64,000 nt of DNA, taken from positions 4,445 to 68,444 of the forward strand of contig JAUNBC010000001.1 in assembly GCA_030527285.1 (NCBI GenBank), in the 5' to 3' direction. Shown here one piece after another: positions 39,737 through 47,666 of this stretch. Under the pieces are notes generated by a model. That model did no database searches. It worked only from the letters and a program-made list of their open reading frames with translations, and was not told the DNA's origin. Positions within the stretch are counted from its first letter, which is position 1. Each line of letters begins with the position of its first letter. A program made the position numbers and the translations under genes. This stretch comes from Bacillota bacterium. Its GTDB lineage: Bacteria; Bacillota; Dehalobacteriia; UBA4068.

Positions 39737-41612
39737 CGGCTTGCCTGTTTGCGAACCAATACTCGAGCACCGCGGCGGCGACGCTTTCGGCGGTCAAGCC
39801 GGCGCGTTCGCGTAATTCATCGGGCCGTCCTTGCGCGATAAAGCTGTTGGGCAGCGCCAGCAACCGCAGATCATAGCCGCAGCCGCTGACGGCCTCGGCG
39901 CAGGCCGAGCCAAAACCGCCGGCGCGCACGTTCTCCTCGATGGTCAGCAGGCGGCCATGGCAGTCAGCCGCGGCCTGATGCAGCGCCTCGATATCCAGCG
40001 GCGCGATAAAGCGGCTGTTGATCACCGATACCGATAACTGATGCCGCTGCTGTAAGAGTATGGCTGCCTCCAGCGCGATGCTCAGCGTATGCCCGCAAGC
40101 GATCAGCGCCGCGTCCGCGCCCTCGCGCACGGTGATGGCCTTGCCCAATTGCAGCGGCTGCCGGCAAGCGTCGATGACGGCGGCCTGACCACGGCCGTAG
40201 CGCAGCGCCGCCGGCCTGTCGAGGGTAAGCGCCAAGCGCAGCATCTGCCGCAATTCCTCGCCGTCGGCGGGAGCCATGATAGTCAGATCGGGAATGGTGC
40301 GCAGATAGGAGATATCGAAAATGCCCTGATGCGATTTGCCGTCCTCGCCGACGATACCGGCGCGATCCACAGCCAGCACCACCGGCAGCTTTTGCAGCGC
40401 CAACTCCTCCAATATCTGATCGTAGGCGCGTTGGAGGAAGGAAGAGTAGACGGCGACCACCGGCCTTTTGCCGCCGCGCGCCAAACCGGCGGCGAAACCC
40501 AGCGCATGCTGCTCGGCGATGCCCACGTCATAAAAGCGCTGCGGCCAACGCCGGCTAAACGGCAGCAGGCCGGTACCGTCGGCCATGGCGGCGGTGATGG
40601 CGATGATACGCTCATCCCGCTCGGCCAGCTCGCATAGCTCCTGGCCAAAAATATCGGTATAGCAGGGTGCGCTCTTGGGGTCGAGCAGCTCGCCGCTTGC
40701 CGGGTCAAAGGGCGCTATGCCATGATAGCGCTCCGGCTGCTGCTCGGCGGGCGCATAGCCGCGTCCTTTTTTGCTGTGCAGATGTATCAGCACCGGCTCG
40801 TCATAGCTTTGCGCGCGGCGGAACATATCCACCAGCGCCTTTATATCATGCCCATCCACCGGTCCCAAATAGGTGAAACCCAATTCTTCGAATATCATAT
40901 GCGGCAGCAGCAGCGATTTCAGCCCGTCACGCAGGCGGCGCATGACGCCAAACAGCATCCGCCCCGGCGCGCCCATATGCTGCAGCCCGCGCACCAGCCC
41001 GTGCTTGAGGCGCGTGTATGCGCCGGCGGAGCGCAGCTTGGACAGCCGCGCCGACACCGCGCCGACGTTGCCGTTGATGCTCATTTCATTGTCGTTGAGT
41101 ACGATGATCAGCCGCTGATCAAGATGACCGGCATGATCCAGCCCCTCGTAGGCCATACCGCCGGTCAGCGAGCCGTCGCCGATCACCGCCACCGTATGCC
41201 GGCGCTCACCGTCAATGGCGGCAGCCTGAGCCAAGCCCAGCGCCAGCGATATCGAATCGGAGCTGTGGCCGGTGATAAAGCTGTCATAGCCGCTTTCGTC
41301 CGCGTCGCAAAAGCCGGATATACCGTCGCTTTGGCGCAGGCCGCTGAAGCTGTCGCGGCGGCCGGTGAGTATTTTATGCGCATAGCATTGATGCCCCACG
41401 TCCCAGACCACGGTATCGCGCGGCGTGTCAAAGGCATAATGCAGCGCCACGGTCATTTCCACCACGCCTAAATTGGCGGCCAAATGCCCGCCGTTTTTAG
41501 CCACCGTTTGCAGTATCAGCTCGCGTATTTCCGCCGCCAGCGGCTCTAACTGCCGCATCGGCAGCTGACGCAGGTCGGCGGGCGAATTTATCTGTGATAG
41601 AATACCGGTCAA
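39726..41612 (-). CDS. dxs: 1-deoxy-D-xylulose-5-phosphate synthase
   Basis: TPP-binding (GDG...N), transketolase-like pyrimidine-binding and C-terminal domains. 628 aa. TTG start. Confidence 0.95.
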   Translation of the reverse strand: MTGILSQINSPADLRQLPMRQLEPLAAEIRELILQTVAKNGGHLAANLGVVEMTVALHYAFDTPRDTVVWDVGHQCYAHKILTGRRDSFSGLRQSDGISGFCDADESGYDSFITGHSSDSISLALGLAQAAAIDGERRHTVAVIGDGSLTGGMAYEGLDHAGHLDQRLIIVLNDNEMSINGNVGAVSARLSKLRSAGAYTRLKHGLVRGLQHMGAPGRMLFGVMRRLRDGLKSLLLPHMIFEELGFTYLGPVDGHDIKALVDMFRRAQSYDEPVLIHLHSKKGRGYAPAEQQPERYHGIAPFDPASGELLDPKSAPCYTDIFGQELCELAERDERIIAITAAMADGTGLLPFSRRWPQRFYDVGIAEQHALGFAAGLARGGKRPVVAVYSSFLQRAYDQILEELALQKLPVVLAVDRAGIVGEDGKSHQGIFDISYLRTIPDLTIMAPADGEELRQMLRLALTLDRPAALRYGRGQAAVIDACRQPLQLGKAITVREGADAALIACGHTLSIALEAAILLQQRHQLSVSVINSRFIAPLDIEALHQAAADCHGRLLTIEENVRAGGFGSACAEAVSGCGYDLRLLALPNSFIAQGRPDELRERAGLTAESVAAAVLEYWFANRQADEK

Positions 41613-41663
41613 CTATTTATCCCCGTTAATGTTGTTTTTACCGCATTGCTATATACTATCACA

Positions 41664-41693
41664 AAACGTCGCCGCAAACAATATGCGGCGGCC
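41664..41693 (-). terminator. stem-loop terminator candidate downstream of yraN (minus strand)
   Basis: GCCGCCGCA-N7-TGCGGCGAC (one mismatch) followed by GTTTTGTG on the minus strand. Confidence 0.5.
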
Positions 41694-41697
41694 TTTG

Positions 41698-42048
41698 TCA
41701 ACAGAAACTATCCTCGATCAGCTCGACCCTGCCGCTTTCCAGATCGACCTCGGCGATGATAAAAGCGCTCATGCTTTCGCCGCCGTGCTTTTGGAAATAA
41801 TCGGTAGCGGTATTGCGGATATGGCGGATCTTAGCGGCGTTGATATTCTGCCGCGGCGCGGCAAACGTGCTGCTATGCCTCGCTTTGACCTCGACGAAGA
41901 ATAGCGTCTTGCCCTTGGCGGCAATAATGTCGATCTCACCCATTTTACAGCGGTAATTGCGCTCGACTATCGTATATCCGGCCTGTTGCAAGGCGGTTGC
42001 GGCCAGGTTTTCGCCGCTGATACCGGCGGCGCGGCGTGCATCGCTCAT
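41698..42048 (-). CDS. yraN: YraN family (UPF0102) endonuclease-like protein
   Basis: 116 aa; GE.LA...L...GY.I.ERNYR...GEIDIIA pattern typical of UPF0102/YraN. Follows rnhB as in many Firmicutes. Confidence 0.85.
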   Translation of the reverse strand: MSDARRAAGISGENLAATALQQAGYTIVERNYRCKMGEIDIIAAKGKTLFFVEVKARHSSTFAAPRQNINAAKIRHIRNTATDYFQKHGGESMSAFIIAEVDLESGRVELIEDSFC

Positions 42049-42683
42049 ATATCCTCCATGATGTTGCGGCAGAAGCTGCGGCGGTGGATGGCGCTCAAGC
42101 CGTACTTGCGGCAGGCGGCGCGATGCGCGGCGGTGGGGTAGCCCTTATGCTGCGCCAAGCCGTATTCGGGGAACAGCGCGTCTAATTTTTCCATCAGCCG
42201 GTCGCGGTGATTTTTGGCGAGGATGCTGGCGGCGGCGATGGAAACGCTGTTAGCGTCGCCCTTGACGATCGCCGTTTGCGGCAGCGGGGTATCGAGGCTG
42301 AGCGCGTCGATGAGTAAATGCTCGGGTCGTAGCGCGAGCTTGGCCAGCGCGCGCAGCATCGCCAACCGGCTGGCCTCGAGTATATTGATGCGGTCGATGA
42401 GGCGATGATTGACGTCGGCTACCGCCCAGGCGACAGCGGTTTCCTTGATCAGCGGTTCCAAGGCGGCGCGGCGGGCAGGGGAGAGCTTCTTGGAGTCATC
42501 CACGCCTAATATCCGGCAGTCGGGCGGCAATATCACCGCCGCCGCTGTCACCGGTCCGGCCAGCGGCCCGCGTCCCGCCTCGTCCAAACCGGCGATCAGA
42601 TATACGCCCCGCGCCCATAATTCGCGCTCATATCCGCACATTTGCTGCCAGCGCGCTAACTGCGCCTCGGCTCTACCGCTCAT
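42045..42683 (-). CDS. rnhB: ribonuclease HII
   Basis: [14 protein letters not shown] catalytic motif of RNase HII. Overlaps neighbours by 4 and 11 nt (operon rbgA-rnhB-yraN). Confidence 0.95.
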   Translation of the reverse strand: MSGRAEAQLARWQQMCGYERELWARGVYLIAGLDEAGRGPLAGPVTAAAVILPPDCRILGVDDSKKLSPARRAALEPLIKETAVAWAVADVNHRLIDRINILEASRLAMLRALAKLALRPEHLLIDALSLDTPLPQTAIVKGDANSVSIAAASILAKNHRDRLMEKLDALFPEYGLAQHKGYPTAAHRAACRKYGLSAIHRRSFCRNIMEDI

Positions 42684-43545
42684 GCCTTGCCTCCGGCGCT
42701 GTGTCCAGCGTATAACGGCCGATCTTGGCGGCGCGGAATTCCTGTATCAGCAGTATCGCCGCATCGTCGTCGCGCGTTTTGCCGCCCGCGCCGAGCAGCC
42801 CGCGCGAGGCGGCGATCGCCGACAGTATCAGCTCCGGCTCGGCCGGCAGCTGCGCCAGCTTATAGCGCTCCTGCAAGGCCTGCGGCCGTAGTTGAGCCAG
42901 CAGCGCCGCTAACTGGCAGGCCACCTGATAGACGGGGAAGACCGTGTCGGAGATCGAGCCGCAGATCGCCAGCTTGAAGGCGGTATCGTCATCGGCAAAT
43001 TTAGGCCACAGTATGCCCGGCGTGTCTAAAAGCTCCAGCGAGCAGGCCGTCTTGATCCATTGACTGCCGCGCGTCACGCCGGGTTTATTGCCGGTCTTGG
43101 CCGCGGCCGAGGGAGCCAGCGCGTTGATCACCGTTGATTTGCCGCAATTGGGTATGCCGATCACCATCGCCCGCACCGCGCGCGGCAGGCGGCCCTTGGC
43201 GGCCAGCTTTTGCTGCATCGGCCGCATCGCCTTTTCCACCACCGCTAACAGCTCGCGTATGCCCTGCTTGCGCGCAGAATTGACCGCCACCGCCCAATAG
43301 CCGCGCCCGCGATAATAGTCGAGCCAGCGGCGGGTCAGCTGCGGATCGGCCAGATCCTCTTTGTTCAGCACCAGCAAATGCTCTTTCTTATGCAGGTACT
43401 TTTGCAGATCGGGATTACGGCTGGCGGCGGGGATACGCGCGTCGATGACCTCGATCATCATATCGACCAAGGCCAGATCAGCCTCGATATTGCGTTTTGT
43501 TTTGGCCATATGGCCGGGATACCATTGTATCATCGTTTGCCTCAA
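42673..43545 (-). CDS. rbgA: ribosome biogenesis GTPase A (RbgA/YlqF)
   Basis: Circularly permuted GTPase with a WYPGHMAK start and G4-G1-G3 motif order. Conserved rbgA-rnhB pairing. Confidence 0.95.
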   Translation of the reverse strand: MRQTMIQWYPGHMAKTKRNIEADLALVDMMIEVIDARIPAASRNPDLQKYLHKKEHLLVLNKEDLADPQLTRRWLDYYRGRGYWAVAVNSARKQGIRELLAVVEKAMRPMQQKLAAKGRLPRAVRAMVIGIPNCGKSTVINALAPSAAAKTGNKPGVTRGSQWIKTACSLELLDTPGILWPKFADDDTAFKLAICGSISDTVFPVYQVACQLAALLAQLRPQALQERYKLAQLPAEPELILSAIAASRGLLGAGGKTRDDDAAILLIQEFRAAKIGRYTLDTAPEARHER

Positions 43546-43567
43546 TATACCGCAATAAATAAACCAC

Positions 43568-43595
43568 GCTGCGCAGCGTGGTTTATTATATCATA
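43568..43595 (-). terminator. intrinsic terminator downstream of aroK (minus strand)
   Basis: aaccacgc / gcgtggtt stem with a 6-nt loop, flanked by an A-run and a T-run. Confidence 0.6.
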
Positions 43596-43624
43596 TTTGC
43601 GCGCCAATGCCAATGGCTGCGCTG

Positions 43625-44179
43625 TCAGCGGCAGGAAGCCTTATATGAGTCGGCGATGGCGACTGCCGCCTCCTCCACGCCCATGCTGCCGGTATCAAGT
43701 ATCAGATCGGCAAGGCGGCGGTATTCGCGCTCGCGTTCGGCGATCAGCTGCTCCAACTGCGGCAGGGTGGGCTTGCCATAGGGCAGCAGGCGGTCGTTCT
43801 TGCGGCCGAGGCGCTGATGGATGACTTGCGGCTCGGCGTGCAGCAGTACGAAATAGCTGCTTTTGACCAGCAGGCCGATATTGCTTTGCTGCGGCAGCAA
43901 GCTGCCTCCGGCGGCGATCACCTGCCGCGATGCGGCGGCCAGCTTTTTCAGCACCAGCGCCTCCTCGGAGCAAACGCGTATATGTCCATGTTTACGCAGC
44001 AGTTGCGGCAGGCTCATGCCGGTCGTGTCGCGTATCATCTCGTCGGTATCGGCAAAGTCAAAATCGAGCAGCCGCGCCACGTTGCGGCCGATCACCGTCT
44101 TGCCGCTGCCCATAAAGCCGACTAAAACGATATTGTCCTTGCCGGTATTGGCTGATGCTTGGCGTATCATATCTGTCAT
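43625..44179 (-). CDS. aroK: shikimate kinase
   Basis: Walker A GFMGSGKT with a shikimate-kinase-like spacing. 184 aa. Confidence 0.85.
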   Translation of the reverse strand: MTDMIRQASANTGKDNIVLVGFMGSGKTVIGRNVARLLDFDFADTDEMIRDTTGMSLPQLLRKHGHIRVCSEEALVLKKLAAASRQVIAAGGSLLPQQSNIGLLVKSSYFVLLHAEPQVIHQRLGRKNDRLLPYGKPTLPQLEQLIAEREREYRRLADLILDTGSMGVEEAAVAIADSYKASCR

Positions 44180-44438
44180 ATGCAGCTCCTATGTTTTTTA
44201 TTATTGGGTCGCGGACTTGGGACGCAGGGAATGAATATTCATTTGCTTTTTTCTATGCATTTATTTGCCCGCCGGCGATATACTAAATTATAACGATGTT
44301 AGCTGCTTTTTTCATTAAAAACATTTCGTCAAATTCGGACATAAAACATATTAAACAACCCCATAATGTATATTTTGCGCTTGCTTTTTGCATATAAATC
44401 GTTTATTATATTTATACAATCAGCTTGCGGAGGAATGT

Positions 44439-45284
44439 ATGCCAAATATCGCGGTAATCTTTAACGGCGAGAATGCCAAAAGTCGGGCTAAAGCGGCGGA
44501 GGTCGCCGCCTATATCGGTGAGCGGCAGGCCGGCCTGTTCGCGCCGCCGGGCGGCTTCGGCTATACCATAGACGATTTGCGCGAGGGCGTGGATTTTGGC
44601 GGCTGTGACGCGGCGGTGGTGCTGGGCGGCGACGGCACGTTGCTGGCGGCGGTGCGGCATTTGTCAGAGTATGGCGTGCCGCTGTTCGGCGTCAATATGG
44701 GGCGGGTCGGCTTTTTGTCCTCGGTGGAGAACGAGCAGGCCTTTGATGCTATCGACTGGTATCTGGCCGGTAACTATTTCATTCAGGAGCGGCTGATGCT
44801 GTCTTGCAAGCTGTATCGCGGCGGGCGGGAGATCGAATCCTGCACGGCTTTTAACGACCTGGTGGTCAATTCCGGAGTCTTTTCGCGCGCCGTGACCCTT
44901 GATCTGTTCATCGACAAGCAGAAGATCAATTCCTATAACGCCGACGGCATCATTGTCTCCACGCCCACCGGCTCTACCGGCTATTCCTTATCCGCCGGCG
45001 GGCCGATAGTGATGGAAGATCTGAGCATCATGCTGATCACGCCGGTATGTCCGCATACCTTCTTTTCCCGGCCGATCGTCGCCTCCGCCGCCGGCGAGGT
45101 GGAGATCGTCTGCAAAAGCGCCGCCGGTGTAGCCTCGTTGACCTCGGACGGACAGTACCGCTTCTCCGTGGAAAAAGAAGACGAGATCGCTATTTCCGCC
45201 GCCGATACCAAGGCGCTGATCATCCGTTTTTCCCAGCATCATTATTTTGAGCGCATTAAAGAGAAATTATATAAAATAGACTGA
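44439..45284 (+). CDS. nadK: NAD(+) kinase
   Basis: GGDGT motif and NADK C-terminal signature (NDLVV, TPTGSTGYSLSAGGP). The probable start is the ATG at 44439 (GGAGG RBS); the ORF track starts at 44388 in an AT-rich leader. Confidence 0.9.
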   Translation: MPNIAVIFNGENAKSRAKAAEVAAYIGERQAGLFAPPGGFGYTIDDLREGVDFGGCDAAVVLGGDGTLLAAVRHLSEYGVPLFGVNMGRVGFLSSVENEQAFDAIDWYLAGNYFIQERLMLSCKLYRGGREIESCTAFNDLVVNSGVFSRAVTLDLFIDKQKINSYNADGIIVSTPTGSTGYSLSAGGPIVMEDLSIMLITPVCPHTFFSRPIVASAAGEVEIVCKSAAGVASLTSDGQYRFSVEKEDEIAISAADTKALIIRFSQHHYFERIKEKLYKID

Positions 45285-45333
45285 GCGACAGCTACCGTTG
45301 TCCATGTGTAGTAAATAACGAGGAGAGGATAAG

Positions 45334-45786
45334 ATGAAAAGCCGCCGACATAAGATGATACGCGAAATAATCGAACAAAAGAACATCGAAACGCAATACC
45401 AGTTGACTCGTGAGCTGATCAAGCATGGGCTGTCTGTGACGCAGGCCACCATATCCCGCGACATCAAGGAGCTGGGTCTGGTCAAGGTCGCTTCCGGCGA
45501 TAACAGCTTCCGTTACGGTTTCTCGCCGGGGCTGACCACGGTCAACACCCTCGACCGCGCCAAGAGGATGCTGCGCGACAATCTGCTGCGCGTCGACCTT
45601 TGCCGCGGTTTCATCGTGCTCAAGACGCTGCCCGGCACCGCGCAGGGCGTGGGCTTCTGCATCGACGGCCTCGGCTGGAAGGAGATCTGCGGCTGCATCG
45701 CCGGCGACGATACGATATTAGTCATCGCCGCCGAGGAAGCCGAGCCGGCGGAGCTGGCCGACCGTCTGCGCGAGATGATGGTTTAA
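45334..45786 (+). CDS. argR: arginine repressor ArgR/AhrC
   Basis: N-terminal wHTH (Q..L...L...G..VTQATISRDI.EL) and a C-terminal oligomerisation/arginine-binding domain (GD.D). Confidence 0.95.
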   Translation: MKSRRHKMIREIIEQKNIETQYQLTRELIKHGLSVTQATISRDIKELGLVKVASGDNSFRYGFSPGLTTVNTLDRAKRMLRDNLLRVDLCRGFIVLKTLPGTAQGVGFCIDGLGWKEICGCIAGDDTILVIAAEEAEPAELADRLREMMV

Positions 45787-45818
45787 CGGCGCAATCCTGA
45801 TTTAAGTAGGAGCGAACC

Positions 45819-47486
45819 ATGCTCTATGAGTTGTATGTGGAGAATTTTGCCTTGATCCGTGAGCTGCGCCTGCAACTGGGCGACGGCCTTAACGCGCTGA
45901 CCGGCGAGACCGGCGCGGGCAAATCGCTGATCATCGACGCGGTATCGCTGCTGATCGGCGGGCGCGGCAATGACGCTTTGATCCGCGGCGGCGACCAGCG
46001 TTGCCGCGTCGAGGGCGTATTCCTGCCGCCCTTTGCGCCGCAGATCGCCGAGCTGATGCCGGAATTGGCGGCCGATATCGCCGCCGGCGATAATCTGATA
46101 CTCAGCCGCGAATTGATACGCGGCGGGCGTTCCAGCGCGCGCATCAACAATCACCCGTTGAATATCACGCTGCTCAAGCAGATCGGGCGGCTGCTGGTCA
46201 ATATTCACGGCCAGCGTGAATTTATGCTGCTGCTCGACCCCGAGCAACAGCTGCGCTTGCTTGACCGCTTCGGCGGCACGGAGCAGGTCGCGGCGGCCGA
46301 GCAGACGGCGCGGCTGTTCGAGCTGTGGCGTGAACAGCAGCAGCGGCTGGAGCGGCAATTGAGCAGCCAGCAGCAGCGCGACGAGGAATTGGAGCGCTTG
46401 AGCTATATGCTCGACGAGATCGAGCAGGCTCAGCTGCATGAGGGCGAGGACGAGCAACTGCGCCGCGAATCGCAGCGTCTGGCCAACGGCGAGAAGCTGT
46501 ACGGCTATGCCGACGCCGCCGCCGGCGCGCTGTCCGGCTCTGGAGCTGCGGTGGAGCAGATCAGCGTCGCCTATACGGCGCTGCGTCATATGGCGGAGCT
46601 GGATCATGACGCCGAGGCGCTGCGCGCGCGGATGGAATCGCTGTATTATGAGGCCGGCGATATAGCGCGTGAGATCGCCGCTTACAAAAGCGCCATCGAT
46701 CTTGACGCTTTCCGGTTGGATGATATCGAGGCGCGGCTGGATAAGCTCAGCCGCCTGAAGAAGAAATACGGCGGCTCTATCGCGGCGGCGCTGGAGGAAT
46801 ACCGTCGGGCCAAGCTGCGCTATACCGAGTTGGAGGAGCTGAATCTGAGCAGCGGCAGCTTGCAGGCGGCGGCGGAGCAGGCCGAACGCGAGTATATGCA
46901 GGCGGCGCGGCAGTTGAGCGCGCGGCGCGCGGCGGCGGCGGATAAGTTAGGCGCGGCTATCACCGAGGAGCTGCGTCTGCTGTCGATGCCGCAGGCGCAG
47001 TTCAGCGTGGAGCTGACGGGCAGGGAGCCGTCAGCCGACGGCTTGGAGAGGGCGGTATATATGATAACCCCCAATCCCGGCGAGGCGGCGCAGCCGGTGG
47101 CGGCGATCGCCAGCGGCGGCGAATTATCGCGCATCGTGCTCGGGATCAAGGTGATTTTGGCGCGTTTGGACGAGGTGCCGACGCTGATCTTCGACGAGGT
47201 GGACAGCGGCCTTTCCGGAAAAGCGCTGGTGGCGGTCGCGCAGCGTCTGGCTCTGGTCGGACAAAGCGCGCAAACGGTCATCATCAGCCATGCGGCGGTG
47301 ATGGCGGCGGCAGCCAGCTGCCATATATTGATCGAGAAGCATCCCGAGCAGCAGCGGACGGTGATCGGCGCTATCACGCTGGACGGCGAGGCGCGCTTGC
47401 GGGAGCTGGCGCGAATGATCGCCGGCGATAAGGCGGGGGACGTGACGATAGAACAGGCGCGGGAAATGCTGCGGCTGATGCAATAG
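45819..47486 (+). CDS. recN: DNA repair protein RecN
   Basis: SMC-like protein with a Walker A (LTGETGAGKS), a long coiled coil and a C-terminal signature/Walker B. Conserved argR-recN adjacency. Confidence 0.95.
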   Translation: MLYELYVENFALIRELRLQLGDGLNALTGETGAGKSLIIDAVSLLIGGRGNDALIRGGDQRCRVEGVFLPPFAPQIAELMPELAADIAAGDNLILSRELIRGGRSSARINNHPLNITLLKQIGRLLVNIHGQREFMLLLDPEQQLRLLDRFGGTEQVAAAEQTARLFELWREQQQRLERQLSSQQQRDEELERLSYMLDEIEQAQLHEGEDEQLRRESQRLANGEKLYGYADAAAGALSGSGAAVEQISVAYTALRHMAELDHDAEALRARMESLYYEAGDIAREIAAYKSAIDLDAFRLDDIEARLDKLSRLKKKYGGSIAAALEEYRRAKLRYTELEELNLSSGSLQAAAEQAEREYMQAARQLSARRAAAADKLGAAITEELRLLSMPQAQFSVELTGREPSADGLERAVYMITPNPGEAAQPVAAIASGGELSRIVLGIKVILARLDEVPTLIFDEVDSGLSGKALVAVAQRLALVGQSAQTVIISHAAVMAAAASCHILIEKHPEQQRTVIGAITLDGEARLRELARMIAGDKAGDVTIEQAREMLRLMQ

Positions 47487-47511
47487 CCAATATGCCTGAT
47501 ATAACAATAAA

Positions 47512-47538
47512 AACGGTGGTTTTTACCGCCGTTTTTGT
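47512..47538 (+). terminator. intrinsic terminator downstream of recN
   Basis: ACGGTGG / CCGCCGT stem (one G-U) with a TTTTT loop, followed by a T-run. Confidence 0.7.
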
Positions 47539-47584
47539 TTGCGCGGCGGGCTTTTTGCCATAATATGCCATATGTAGTGGCAGT

Positions 47585-47614
47585 TTGACAACAGTCTGGT
47601 AAATATGGTAATAT
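47585..47614 (+). promoter_or_regulatory. promoter candidate for the SLH-protein gene (TTGACA, 18 bp spacer, TAATAT)
   Basis: TTGACA at 47585-47590 and TAATAT at 47609-47614, about 50 nt upstream of the ATG at 47667 (AATGGAGG RBS). Confidence 0.5.
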
Positions 47615-47666
47615 CAGATGAATAATCAGCTTTAGTCGGAGCAGGGAAAATGAATGGAGGCTGCTG

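Noticed and set aside
44229-44242. AATGAATATTCATT palindrome as a canonical ARG box
   Set aside because: ARG boxes are TGAAT-wwww-ATTCA with a 4-nt core. This palindrome has no core spacer, so I kept it only as an unassigned operator candidate.
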